A stretch of DNA of 64,000 nucleotides from Candidatus Woesebacteria bacterium GW2011_GWC1_42_9 (GTDB taxonomy: Bacteria > Patescibacteriota > Microgenomatia > UBA8517), in assembly GCA_000995185.1 (NCBI GenBank), contig LCET01000002.1:220-64219 (forward strand), given 5' to 3'. Numbering within the stretch: position 1 is the stretch's first letter; the number at the start of each line of letters is the position of its first letter. The notes under the pieces were generated by a model that was not told where the DNA came from, ran no database searches, and was given only the letters and a program-made list of their open reading frames with translations. The translations under genes were made by a program, and so were the position numbers. Positions 19,683 to 29,447 of the stretch are shown here, piece after piece.

Positions 19683-20326
19683 ATAAAAATACCGATTATG
19701 ATTTTTGAAATGGGATTAACAGACACTTCTAGTCTTGTCCCTTTTTCCCTGTTAAACCTATTTTTCAGCCAATTTAGGTTTTGATCACTGTTATTTAATT
19801 GGATTAAAACCTGTTGACCTGGTTTTATAAGGCTAGCAATTTCTTCGAGATCGATGAGACCCCAAGACTGTATTTTTTCAAATTTTCCACTCGGAAGTTT
19901 TAAGACGCTGATTTTGTTTGTAGGTTCGGTAATATATTTAATCTTTAACAAGTGTAGGTCTTTATTGTTTGTTGAAGGAACAGAAACAACGAGTGTTTTT
20001 TCTTTTATAATCAGATTCTCTTGTATCGTTGCAGAGATTACCAAATCTTTTCCCTCCTCGCTAACTCCGAGTGGGTAACTCGAACCAAATGGATCCAACA
20101 AGGTATAGTCGGGGTTTTGGATGATAAAGTTGTAGTTTAATTTGAATTGGTACAAACTAAAGTTTAGAATTAATAGGCTTATAGACGCCACAACAATAAC
20201 AAAAAGCACAACCCATTTTTTCATTGGTACTCCCCCACACTTTAAGGGTAAACGCACATCGAGAAACAAACAAGAGATAAAATAGAAATGGAGGCTAGTA
20301 AGATTCTCCGAGATGTCTTGTGACAA
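19679..20326 (-). CDS. Hypothetical membrane-anchored protein
   Basis: 215 aa with one N-terminal TM helix. It overlaps both neighbours, which indicates an operon with the 532-aa and 548-aa genes. Confidence 0.45.
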   Translation of the reverse strand: MSQDISENLTSLHFYFISCLFLDVRLPLKCGGVPMKKWVVLFVIVVASISLLILNFSLYQFKLNYNFIIQNPDYTLLDPFGSSYPLGVSEEGKDLVISATIQENLIIKEKTLVVSVPSTNNKDLHLLKIKYITEPTNKISVLKLPSGKFEKIQSWGLIDLEEIASLIKPGQQVLIQLNNSDQNLNWLKNRFNREKGTRLEVSVNPISKIIIGIFI

Positions 20327-21941
20327 TTATTTCGCCTAGTCCTGTGGATTCCACAATATTACTGCGGGATTGGCTTTCTAAGTTGTACATACGATAAACA
20401 TCGTCAATACTTGTTGATCTTACTGGATTGTACAACCATAAGATAGTTTGACACCAGAGGTCCGCATTGCAGTCAACCCCCCTGTCTCGAAAACTGGCTT
20501 CCAGTTCTTCAAGTGTAGACATAGGAGACATATACAGCTTTATTTGATCGCCCGTTCTTACAATCTCGCCAATCTGGGATAATGCGTCTGCCATTGGAAC
20601 TGCTCCCACCTGTCCGCCTCCAACAGAAAATGCAAGATTACGATTCAAGGGTTCTGTCACCTGCAGTGTGATCGTTCCTGATCCGTCTACATTAGGGAGC
20701 GCAATGATGAAGCTTACGAATTCCACGGAATTATTGCCTATCTGAGCTGAAAAGATCTCGTGGTCAAGGTATACGGCGTTAATAGTGTATATTGCTCGAG
20801 GTGAAGATTCGATGTCTTCTCGTATTCCTAACTCTTCCAGTTGGTTTGAAATCGTAAGTCTTTCTATGGGAATATTGGACCTTGTCAGTCCATTTCGAGT
20901 TATAGAAAAGCTATCTCCGTTAATTTCAACGATATCTCCACGATTGAATTTGTACCAACCTGCGAATTCAATATTATTAGTTGGTGCTAAGCCGAAGTCT
21001 GGTGTTTCTGACTCACTGAGTTTCCCCAACTCTCCATTTTCTCCTGGTACCACCTCATGCCTTGCTTCGGGAGTGGTAAGAGCTGTTGGCCCTCCTTCTG
21101 GAGTGTTGGTGTCAAATTCAAGCTCAGCTGAAAGCAGGTTTTCAATTGACATTCCCTCCACATTTAGCGCTGACCGATGAATTGCTCTTTCTTGCTCCTC
21201 CAGTGTCCTTGATCCCATTTCCCGGGCAAAGGCATTAAGGTCAAACACATAACGGGCTACTTGCTGTTCTTGAGAGGTGTCCACAAGGATGACCATGTCT
21301 GAGTCGTTGACTAAAAACCGGATGGTTTCCCGATTGAGGGCACTGCCTTCTAATCTATTGATGACTATGGTAATTTGGCCAGGGGGAAGGACAAGAGAAC
21401 CGCTTTCCCGGAAAGTAACGATGCTATTGTGTTGATACGTTACTAATCCTTGCTCTGTTTCTACCAACACATCTTCAGCTAATTCCAGCCATTCTTGATC
21501 CTCAAAGGTGACGACGTTCATGTGGGCAACAACGTTTTCAGGGAGATGGTCAGCGGCATTTTCAAGCATACTGCGGTAACGAAGGCCTTCCTCACTTGAA
21601 GGGTCAAGACTAGCAACAGTTTGGCCAGTATCCTCGATTTCACCAGTTTCGTTTTGCTGGAGAACATGAATATTGTCGAGATTAATTGTCTCAGCAATAC
21701 CTGTTTGTTCAGGGTTTTGGCCGCCGGCAAGAGAAGAACTATCCCTCCTGCCTTTTGAGCTCTCAAAGGATTTTGTATTACTATTGAGGAGGCCCGCGGA
21801 TGATGCAGTAATTGCTCCGGCCAAGACCACTCTAGCTGCATCTTTTCTGTCCAATCCCCTAGGATCATTGAGGTCCTTTCTGTTCAAAGGATGGACGACT
21901 TTTTGGTGTTCGGGCTGTTTGTCTGTCATTCGCTCACTCAT
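20295..21941 (-). CDS. Hypothetical protein (548 aa)
   Basis: A long ORF co-oriented with, and overlapping, the 215-aa gene. It has an acidic N-terminal half. No family was recognised. Confidence 0.5.
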   Translation of the reverse strand: MSERMTDKQPEHQKVVHPLNRKDLNDPRGLDRKDAARVVLAGAITASSAGLLNSNTKSFESSKGRRDSSSLAGGQNPEQTGIAETINLDNIHVLQQNETGEIEDTGQTVASLDPSSEEGLRYRSMLENAADHLPENVVAHMNVVTFEDQEWLELAEDVLVETEQGLVTYQHNSIVTFRESGSLVLPPGQITIVINRLEGSALNRETIRFLVNDSDMVILVDTSQEQQVARYVFDLNAFAREMGSRTLEEQERAIHRSALNVEGMSIENLLSAELEFDTNTPEGGPTALTTPEARHEVVPGENGELGKLSESETPDFGLAPTNNIEFAGWYKFNRGDIVEINGDSFSITRNGLTRSNIPIERLTISNQLEELGIREDIESSPRAIYTINAVYLDHEIFSAQIGNNSVEFVSFIIALPNVDGSGTITLQVTEPLNRNLAFSVGGGQVGAVPMADALSQIGEIVRTGDQIKLYMSPMSTLEELEASFRDRGVDCNADLWCQTILWLYNPVRSTSIDDVYRMYNLESQSRSNIVESTGLGEIIVTRHLGESY

Positions 21942-22005
21942 AATAACACAATAATTAATTCCTCGAATTATATCCTATAGCCGGTACAAGTCAAGTTTTC
22001 AGGCA

Positions 22006-22031
22006 TAAAAAAACCCCGCATTACGCGGGGG
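22006..22031 (-). terminator. Rho-independent terminator downstream of the 22143-23360 gene
   Basis: On the minus strand this is ccccgcgtaatgcgggg (a 6-bp GC stem) followed by tttttttt. On the plus strand it appears as aaaaaaaccccgcattacgcgggg. Confidence 0.6.
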
Positions 22032-22142
22032 TGTCAGAAAGTCTCTCTGCCTCAAGGGCAAAGAGACCAGATATAGTAAGTGCAAGCCTCTCATTCCTCA
22101 TTTCTAGGTTTATTCTATCATGAATGGTCAAACTTGGAACGA

Positions 22143-23360
22143 TTAGTCTTTATTCAAAATTTCAGTTAGAGCGATGGCGTGTGGCAAAGAAGAAAGGGGC
22201 TTAAGAGAAATTCGGTCATCCAAGAAAAACAACGGATTTGAAGTTTGCTTTGCTTTGTTAAAGCATTGGTTAAAGGTGTCGGCATATAACTTTCTTAAGT
22301 TTTGATCAGGATTACTATATAGACCTATTTCGAACAGGGCCCTTCTCAAGGTTAAAAGAACTGTATCTAAAGAGGCATAATATAAAGATAATGATATGCT
22401 CTTTTTTAGATTAAATTCAATTATAAAAGTTTCTTTTTCGCGTTCATGTGCACTTTTTTCTCGGGGATCAATCCCTTTCTTAAAATAGTTCAAATAATTG
22501 ATTGTGTGTCCCAGTTCGTGAATTAGATCTAAGGATTGGTGGCGAAAATTGCCATTATTATTAATTTCTATGTCAAAACTATCGAATTCTGGTTGATATC
22601 TCATTCTTGAGAAATTCCCATGTTTGATAATTATTTTATCTTTGTATTTTTTTAATATGTTGCGTTCCTTGATTGTGGAATCCAGTACCTCATCCTGGGT
22701 GTTAAATGGGAATTGTGAAAGTCGGCATACATAGCAAGGCATGTTAAATTTCGAATAAAACCAATTAGGAAGATTACCATCTTTTGGAAGATGTTGGTTG
22801 CAGTAGCTTATGGCTCGGTTTATATTTTTTGTAAAACATTTATATGTTGAGTGAGAAATTTTATCTTTCTCTAGAACCATTTCAACGTAAGATGGAAATC
22901 TTTTTTTTATTGCATAATCGATGTGTTCCACTACCAAGCCCCTGAATTTATTTTCAATTTCCGTTTCTGAAAGGCCAAAACTTTTCCAGACTTTTTCCCG
23001 GTCTTTCGGATTAGCATCAAAAAGCTCTTTTCTGTAGACATAATGCATCTCATACGGGATCAAGGAATAATATTTTACAGAAGCGCCATGAGTGAGAGAC
23101 GGTTTACTCAAAGAGACCTTTTTAATAGTTTTAGAGGCCAGGTTCTCTGCGATTTTATCCCTTGTCCACAATTTAATGTATGTTCGAGAGGAACAAGTCT
23201 TAATTTTGGGCAGTTTCTCGTAATGTTTTTTTGCCTCCTTAGAGGCTTTTAATATCAATTGTTTGAGATTTGAAGTTTTGAAAGATTTTAGCTCTGATTG
23301 ATATTTTGGAAGGTATTCTTGAAAAATTAACTCTAAATCATCATTCCATATCATTGGCAT
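22143..23360 (-). CDS. Putative zinc metallopeptidase (HExxH)
   Basis: It has a HELGH motif (LIHELGHTINYL) with a downstream Glu-rich segment. It is 405 aa, and the family is not resolved. Confidence 0.45.
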   Translation of the reverse strand: MPMIWNDDLELIFQEYLPKYQSELKSFKTSNLKQLILKASKEAKKHYEKLPKIKTCSSRTYIKLWTRDKIAENLASKTIKKVSLSKPSLTHGASVKYYSLIPYEMHYVYRKELFDANPKDREKVWKSFGLSETEIENKFRGLVVEHIDYAIKKRFPSYVEMVLEKDKISHSTYKCFTKNINRAISYCNQHLPKDGNLPNWFYSKFNMPCYVCRLSQFPFNTQDEVLDSTIKERNILKKYKDKIIIKHGNFSRMRYQPEFDSFDIEINNNGNFRHQSLDLIHELGHTINYLNYFKKGIDPREKSAHEREKETFIIEFNLKKSISLSLYYASLDTVLLTLRRALFEIGLYSNPDQNLRKLYADTFNQCFNKAKQTSNPLFFLDDRISLKPLSSLPHAIALTEILNKD

Positions 23361-23444
23361 ATTTTATCTTAAAAAAATGGGAAAGAGTAAAGCTTTTGCT
23401 TTCATAGGTTCGCGCCCACTCTTTCCCCGTCTAGTCGTTCTTGC

Positions 23445-23666
23445 TCAATCGTCCTTGGCTGCGCCAGGGACATTGCTTGCGTCTTGTCCACATCCACCTG
23501 TGCTCCCTTGGTTGCCTCCGGAGGATTGTTCAAATCCCTTACTTCCGGACACGGCATCCTGGGGGTTTGTGTGAACTACGCGGTCAGATCCATAGTACAC
23601 TGTTTTACTTGGATCTAACCCGTATTTCTCGGCAAGCTCCTGAGCTTTTGATTTAGGGCCAGCCAT
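23445..23666 (-). CDS. Small Gly/Ser/Gln-rich hydrophilic protein (73 aa)
   Basis: Strong RBS (aggagg 5 nt upstream of the ATG). It is locally GC-rich with a low-complexity SGSKGFEQSSGGNQGSTGG tail and may be KGG-like. Confidence 0.45.
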   Translation of the reverse strand: MAGPKSKAQELAEKYGLDPSKTVYYGSDRVVHTNPQDAVSGSKGFEQSSGGNQGSTGGCGQDASNVPGAAKDD

Positions 23667-24118
23667 TAGGCTACCTCCTAAAACTAGGCTCTAAGCCAGG
23701 ACAATATTTGGTCTTATCAAAGTGCAAACGACATGACCACGTACATTATATCAAATACCTACAAATATACAACAAAACAGTCCATTAAATCTGAAGCGGA
23801 TTATTTTTTTGGCTTCAAGATTGACTTGTGTTTTTCGTAATAACTAGTGAAGTTTTTTACAGTGGTATCAATAAATTTCTGCGCACTTTCATTCCCCTCT
23901 TTGACTTTTCCGGAATAATATTCTCAGCATAAAGAGCGTCATACAAAATTAAAACTGGTACTGTTTCATCTTCCCTTTCTTTTTTCGTTTTGTTGTTGTT
24001 TAAAAACAACAGAAGAGTGAGCAAAAGCCTAGCGGGCACCGATGTTAAGGTAATCCCATGCCTGCGGCGATATTACTCGACAGTGTAGTTGTTGTCAAAC
24101 CGAAACATTCAATCGTCA

Positions 24119-25309
24119 CTACTCATACCGTATGGCCTCAATTGGGGTAAGACTGCTGGCTCTCCTGGCCGGGAAAACACCGAAAAATACTCCAATGAGA
24201 GTTGAAATCCCGATTGCAAGCACAACAGCGAAGAAATTAAGCGCAATTGGAAAATAAGGGTGAACCAGTACCACAATTAAAGCTGAAACCAAAAGCCCCA
24301 TCACTCCTCCAAAGCCAGATAAAAGGACCGACTCGGTCAAAAACTGCGCCATAATATCGCCTCTTGTCGCCCCAATTGCCCGTCTGATGCCAATTTCTTT
24401 TGTGCGCTCGGTAACGTTTGCATACATAATATTCATTATCCCGATTCCCCCAACCACTAGTGAAATTGACCCTATGGCAATAAGAACTCCATTAACCATA
24501 TTAAATATTTGGTTAACTACCTCCAAAAGCTCGTCCTGCTCACTGACTGAAAAATCGTCTTTATCGTAGCGTCTCGCAAGCGCTTCCTCAGCCTGCAATT
24601 TCACGCTCTCTATCTTATCTTCATCGTTAACTCCCACATAAATTGACCAGAACGTCTTGTCCGGATTAATGCTTCCATAAGTTGTACGATAAGACATAAC
24701 TACCGACCCATCTAATTCATTATCCCCCTTTTTTTCTATCACTCCTATGACCTTAAACCGCTGGTTATTAAATCGAATGGTTTTGCCAACCGCTAGTGAC
24801 GGATCACTATAGAGTTTGTCTGCCAGTGAGTAGCCCAAAACCACATTTTTAGATCTTCCCTGTACCTCCGACTTAGTCAAAATAGATCCATATTCGGCAG
24901 AGGCATTCATCACTTCGAAAAATTCCTCATTTATCCCCATCACATAGCCAAATTCTTCTTCTCCCTCACTTTCAATCACAGCAGACTTAAAAAATACGGG
25001 CACAACATAAGTTGCATCCGAGATTCTCCTTAAGCTATTTACGTCCCGCTCATCTAGGCTGATGGAGCTCGTAAAAGCCCCGGCATTAAACCCGCTTTCA
25101 AAGCCGCTCCCGGGCATAACCATAATTAAATTTGTTCCCATATTCTCAAATTGCCCCTTTATGTAATTTTTCAGTCCAATCCCAAGAGCGATCAACATCA
25201 CTACAGACAAGACCCCGATCATTATCCCTAAGGACGCCAGCAGAGTCCGTGTCTTATTTCTTTTGAAATCTTCTATAGAATTTTTGATCTGAAATATAAA
25301 ATATCTCAT
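24119..25309 (-). CDS. ABC transporter permease, FtsX/MacB-type
   Basis: N-terminal TM, a large periplasmic domain and C-terminal FtsX-like TM helices. Length is 396 aa. Confidence 0.8.
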   Translation of the reverse strand: MRYFIFQIKNSIEDFKRNKTRTLLASLGIMIGVLSVVMLIALGIGLKNYIKGQFENMGTNLIMVMPGSGFESGFNAGAFTSSISLDERDVNSLRRISDATYVVPVFFKSAVIESEGEEEFGYVMGINEEFFEVMNASAEYGSILTKSEVQGRSKNVVLGYSLADKLYSDPSLAVGKTIRFNNQRFKVIGVIEKKGDNELDGSVVMSYRTTYGSINPDKTFWSIYVGVNDEDKIESVKLQAEEALARRYDKDDFSVSEQDELLEVVNQIFNMVNGVLIAIGSISLVVGGIGIMNIMYANVTERTKEIGIRRAIGATRGDIMAQFLTESVLLSGFGGVMGLLVSALIVVLVHPYFPIALNFFAVVLAIGISTLIGVFFGVFPARRASSLTPIEAIRYE

Positions 25310-25310
25310 C

Positions 25311-25991
25311 TTATAATCTTGTGACGATCTCCCCGTCTTTAACGTAGATTTTTCTTTTGGTTCTTTCAGCTACATCCGGCTCATGCGTAACGATCACCAC
25401 AGTCACTCCAAACTCTTTGTTCAAACCCTCGAGAAGTTCCATAATTTCATCCCCCGTTTTGGTATCGATATTTCCCGTAGGCTCATCTGCCAAAATTAAA
25501 TCCGGTTTCATAATAAGCGACCGAACAATTGCTGTTCTTTGCTGCTGTCCCCCAGAAATTTCATTCGGGTGAAAGTTGGCCCGCTCATATATCCCAAAGC
25601 GCTTAAGAAGCTTCATCGCCCTCTTTTGCGGGTCAAAATCAAGTTCATATTTGGCGTACTGTGCAGGAAGGATAATATTTTCCAATACGGTAAATTTCTC
25701 AATCAAATTAAATTGCTGAAACACAAAGCCCACCTTCTGATTCCTTAAACTACTAATGGCATCATCACTCAGCCGACTGATGTCTTTCCCAAAAAGATTA
25801 ATTTTCCCACTCGAAGGCTTGTCAAGTAGCCCAATGATATGCATCAAAGTACTTTTCCCACTCCCGGAAGGCCCCAGTATCCCCACATATTCCCCTTTTT
25901 TTATGTTAAGGTTTGCTTTTTTAAGCGCCTCTACTTTCTCCTCGCCTAAATAATAAGTTTTGTAAACATTTTGAAGCTTAATCATAAACAA
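25311..25991 (-). CDS. ABC transporter ATP-binding protein (MacB/LolD-like)
   Basis: Walker A (GPSGSGKST), ABC signature (LSGGQQQR) and Walker B (LILADEPTG). Confidence 0.9.
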   Translation of the reverse strand: MFMIKLQNVYKTYYLGEEKVEALKKANLNIKKGEYVGILGPSGSGKSTLMHIIGLLDKPSSGKINLFGKDISRLSDDAISSLRNQKVGFVFQQFNLIEKFTVLENIILPAQYAKYELDFDPQKRAMKLLKRFGIYERANFHPNEISGGQQQRTAIVRSLIMKPDLILADEPTGNIDTKTGDEIMELLEGLNKEFGVTVVIVTHEPDVAERTKRKIYVKDGEIVTRL

Positions 25992-27000
25992 CGTCCCCTT
26001 CGTTTACTTCTCCCTTTATCTCTACCCTCTCTTCTCCCTCTATCCCCGCCTCAACATAGACTTTCTTGTCTCCGCCATTCATTAACAAATATTTCCCTTC
26101 CCGATCACTTTGCACAAAAACAGCTGGCACGTACAAAACATTCTCCGCCCTGTCCATAACAAATTTCGCATCGCCTGTCATCCCTAGTCGATATTCAATA
26201 TTTATTGACTCTAAGGCGACTTTAATCCCATATACTACCCCGACTTCCTCAGTATCAGGGGCATAATCCATCCTAGTGATCGTGCCTCGTATTTCCTGAA
26301 CTGGAAAAGAATCCAGAGTTATAACTACAGTTTGATTAATTCTCATTCTGGTGACTTCCGTCTGATCGGCAGAAACTTTGAAGAAAATCGTTTCCGGATT
26401 TAAAACTTTAAATTGAGTTTGATTGTAAAGCGCAGTGACAAGCGGAAAAGGATTCGCAACATAAGTTACTATCCCTTCAAATGGCGCATAAAGAGTGGCC
26501 CCTTTCAAATTTCTTTCGGCCGCAATCACGGCCTCCCAAGCCTTATCCTTATTTACTTCTGCAGTCGTACGAGTATCTTTCTGGATGTAAGTTTCATCAC
26601 TACTGTGGTCTTTCACTTGGTCATGGATATTTTGGACTGTCGCATCGTATTTTCGAAGGTCTGCTAAAGCACTTTGATAAGTCGCGTTTAGTACCGTTGT
26701 ATCAAGCTTCCCAAGAATTTGACCCTTTTTGACCACTTTCCCCTCTTCCACGCCAACATAAACCACTCTACCGCTGGTTTCATATCCTAATTCTGCATAT
26801 TGTGAAGCTGAAATCTCTCCAGACAAAACAAGCTCCTCCACGACCTCCCCGCGCCCAACAGACGCTTTCTCAAAGCCATTTTTCTTTGCATATCGCCTAT
26901 ATCCGACAAACCCTGCGACAGCCAATAAAATAACCAACAACAAAATGCGCTTTTTGCTGGACAAAAACAACCGCCTAAACAACATCAACAATTTTCTCAT
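25978..27000 (-). CDS. Efflux periplasmic adaptor subunit (HlyD/MacA-like)
   Basis: N-terminal TM anchor and lipoyl/beta-barrel-like segments. It overlaps the ABC ATPase gene by 14 nt. Confidence 0.7.
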   Translation of the reverse strand: MRKLLMLFRRLFLSSKKRILLLVILLAVAGFVGYRRYAKKNGFEKASVGRGEVVEELVLSGEISASQYAELGYETSGRVVYVGVEEGKVVKKGQILGKLDTTVLNATYQSALADLRKYDATVQNIHDQVKDHSSDETYIQKDTRTTAEVNKDKAWEAVIAAERNLKGATLYAPFEGIVTYVANPFPLVTALYNQTQFKVLNPETIFFKVSADQTEVTRMRINQTVVITLDSFPVQEIRGTITRMDYAPDTEEVGVVYGIKVALESINIEYRLGMTGDAKFVMDRAENVLYVPAVFVQSDREGKYLLMNGGDKKVYVEAGIEGEERVEIKGEVNEGDVVYD

Positions 27001-27036
27001 GGATTAATTATATCCTACCACTTTGGTAATATTCAC

Positions 27037-27252
27037 TTACTCTTGTGGCTCTGAGGTTGATCCAGACCTGGCACCGGAAGACTCCCCTGAATCCTCTCTA
27101 GGACGAGCTTCGTTTACTACCAAGTTTCTTCCTTCAAAATCTTTTCCGTTAAACACTACTGCATCAACTACTGTACCGGCTTGTGCGAAATATTTTCGAA
27201 GCTGATCATTGTCAATGGTATAAGGTAAATTACCTACGTATATCTTTTTCAT
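27037..27252 (-). CDS. RNA-binding protein with RRM domain
   Basis: RNP-2 (IYVGNL) and RNP-1-like (KDFEGRNLVV) motifs are present. Length is 71 aa. Confidence 0.7.
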   Translation of the reverse strand: MKKIYVGNLPYTIDNDQLRKYFAQAGTVVDAVVFNGKDFEGRNLVVNEARPREDSGESSGARSGSTSEPQE

Positions 27253-27313
27253 TAAATATCACCTCCTTTTCAGCGACTATTATAGCATAATTTCCTTGTT
27301 TTCAAACAAATAA

Positions 27314-28234
27314 ATGCCCTATACTACAAAGGCTGTGATGAGTAAGATCCAAAAAGTTAGAAAAGCCGTCATCCCCGCAGCCGGTCTTGGGACGCGCTTT
27401 CTCCCTCAAACTAAAGCCATGCCCAAGGAAATGCTTCCGATTGTCGATAAGCCAATAATCCAACACATTGTTGAAGAATTGGTCGAAGTTGGGATCGAGA
27501 CAATCATTATCATCACGGGATACCACAAAAGAGCGATAGAAGATCATTTCGACACTCCCTCAACCGAACTTATCAATAACCTTAAAACGGGAGGCAAAAA
27601 GAAAATTCCCCTCCTAAAAGAAACTAGAAAGATTTCTGAGCTAGCAAACTTTGTGTATTTAAGACAAAAAGGACCATATGGAAACGGTACTCCCCTTTTA
27701 AATGTGAGGAGCATCATCGAAGGAGAACCGTTTATCTACGCCTGGGGGGATGACTTTATCGATGCTAATCCAAGTGAATTCAGACAAATTGTAGATGTGT
27801 ACGAAAAATATGGTTGTAGTGTTCTCTCAAGCGTCCGCGCCAAAAAAGATGACGATTATAATCGCTGGGGATTCGTAAGCGGAGAGGAAATCGAGCCCGG
27901 CATAATTGATGCAAAAAAAATAATTGAAAAGCCCGGAAAAGAAAAGGCGCCAAGCAGTCTGGGGAATGTCTCAAGCTTTCTTTTCGCGCCGGAAATTTAT
28001 AACTATATCGATGAAGCTTTTGCCAATTTAAAGGAGGGAAAAGAATTTTACTATAACGACATCCTTAAATTAATGCTAAAAAGAGGAGAACGCGTCCTCG
28101 CCGCCGAAATAAAAGGCGGAGAATTTCAGGATACCGGGAATAAGCTTGAGTATATGAAGACTGTGGTGAAGTTTGGCCTCAGGCATCCGGAGTTTGGCAA
28201 AAGCTTCAGGAAGTATTTAAAGGAAAATATATAA
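27314..28234 (+). CDS. galU: UTP--glucose-1-phosphate uridylyltransferase
   Basis: The N-terminus AVIPAAGLGTRFLPQTKAMPKEMLPIVDKP is the GalU signature. Length is 306 aa. Confidence 0.85.
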   Translation: MPYTTKAVMSKIQKVRKAVIPAAGLGTRFLPQTKAMPKEMLPIVDKPIIQHIVEELVEVGIETIIIITGYHKRAIEDHFDTPSTELINNLKTGGKKKIPLLKETRKISELANFVYLRQKGPYGNGTPLLNVRSIIEGEPFIYAWGDDFIDANPSEFRQIVDVYEKYGCSVLSSVRAKKDDDYNRWGFVSGEEIEPGIIDAKKIIEKPGKEKAPSSLGNVSSFLFAPEIYNYIDEAFANLKEGKEFYYNDILKLMLKRGERVLAAEIKGGEFQDTGNKLEYMKTVVKFGLRHPEFGKSFRKYLKENI

Positions 28235-28240
28235 ACCAAG

Positions 28241-28828
28241 TTAACGCTTGTTCGGCGCTACATTCCACATCTTCTTGTCAACAAGGTTCACCACCCAGCT
28301 CTTCCCGCCAGTGCCGCCGCCTTCTCCGTTCAGGCTGATAAAATAAGGAGAATTTGGAAGATCTATCTCAACAATTACATTTCCTCTGCTCCTATTAATG
28401 AAATTCTGGTCGGCCTCAACTAAATAATTCCCTCGGGTGGGGCCATAGGTTTTAGACTCAAAATCACCCAATCCCGGCTGACCCCAAACCCTCATAATAT
28501 TACCGCGAGACCTGAGTGCAATCTCTGGCAGGCCCTGCAAATTAGTTTTAAGGTCCAGTGCTACTCTGGGCAAAATTCCATCTAATTTAACACCAGAAAG
28601 CACTAATTTTGCCCCTCCAATCTTTTTTTCTGAAGACAACAAGCCGAGAGAATTATCCCCAGGACCACGTCCAAACAGTACTGTATGTCCATTGTTAACC
28701 CTAAAAGTATACCTGTCGCCAACTTCAACTTCTTTGCCAGGGACAACGGTCGGCTGCTTTTCAAAGGTTATAGGTTTCTCATATACCCTTTTAAACCTTT
28801 CCCATATTCCCCCAGTGTCTTCAGCCAT
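28241..28828 (-). CDS. Hypothetical protein (195 aa)
   Basis: ORF only. No family was recognised. Confidence 0.4.
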   Translation of the reverse strand: MAEDTGGIWERFKRVYEKPITFEKQPTVVPGKEVEVGDRYTFRVNNGHTVLFGRGPGDNSLGLLSSEKKIGGAKLVLSGVKLDGILPRVALDLKTNLQGLPEIALRSRGNIMRVWGQPGLGDFESKTYGPTRGNYLVEADQNFINRSRGNVIVEIDLPNSPYFISLNGEGGGTGGKSWVVNLVDKKMWNVAPNKR

Positions 28829-28942
28829 CGTTATGATTTTGTAAAAATAAATCTAATAATCTGCGTCTTCTTCATAGATAAACTATCAACAAATAATACC
28901 ATGCCAGCAAGAAAAATATAGTGTAGTATTAAGCATTAGGAG

Positions 28943-29446
28943 GTGAAAAATATGAATAGTAAAATAATTGGAGTTATTGTAATAGTAGTTGTCGTCGCTT
29001 TGGCCGGATGGTTTTTCCTTAAAGGCAAAGGGGCGGGGCCGCTTAGCACGGTCACGGAAGGAGGATATTCAGATTCAAATCCGTTTACCGGCACCCTTAA
29101 GGCCGCTGTTGCGCTTGGCATACCCATGAAATGCACTTACGAAGAAGGCGGAGTCGAGTATGAAAGTGTCATTCAGGGAAAAAGGTTCAAAGGAAGTGTG
29201 GCGACCGAAGGGGAAACTAGCAGCATCATTATGCTAGACAATTGCATATATTCCTGGAGCAAAGGAACTACTGACGGGATAAAGATGTGTTTCTCGGAGG
29301 AAGACACGGATATCTGGGATGCTAATAATACCGAAAGCGAGGCCCCTACAGCCGATCTTCCTGACAATTTAAAGTGCTACCCGACTACTGTCGGAGCCGG
29401 TGAATTTAGCTTACCAAGCGAGGTTAGTTTTAGAGAATTTAATTAA
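28943..29446 (+). CDS. Hypothetical membrane-anchored / secreted protein
   Basis: N-terminal TM/signal (IIGVIVIVVVVALAGWFFL). aggagg RBS upstream. Confidence 0.45.
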   Translation: MKNMNSKIIGVIVIVVVVALAGWFFLKGKGAGPLSTVTEGGYSDSNPFTGTLKAAVALGIPMKCTYEEGGVEYESVIQGKRFKGSVATEGETSSIIMLDNCIYSWSKGTTDGIKMCFSEEDTDIWDANNTESEAPTADLPDNLKCYPTTVGAGEFSLPSEVSFREFN

Positions 29447-29447
29447 G

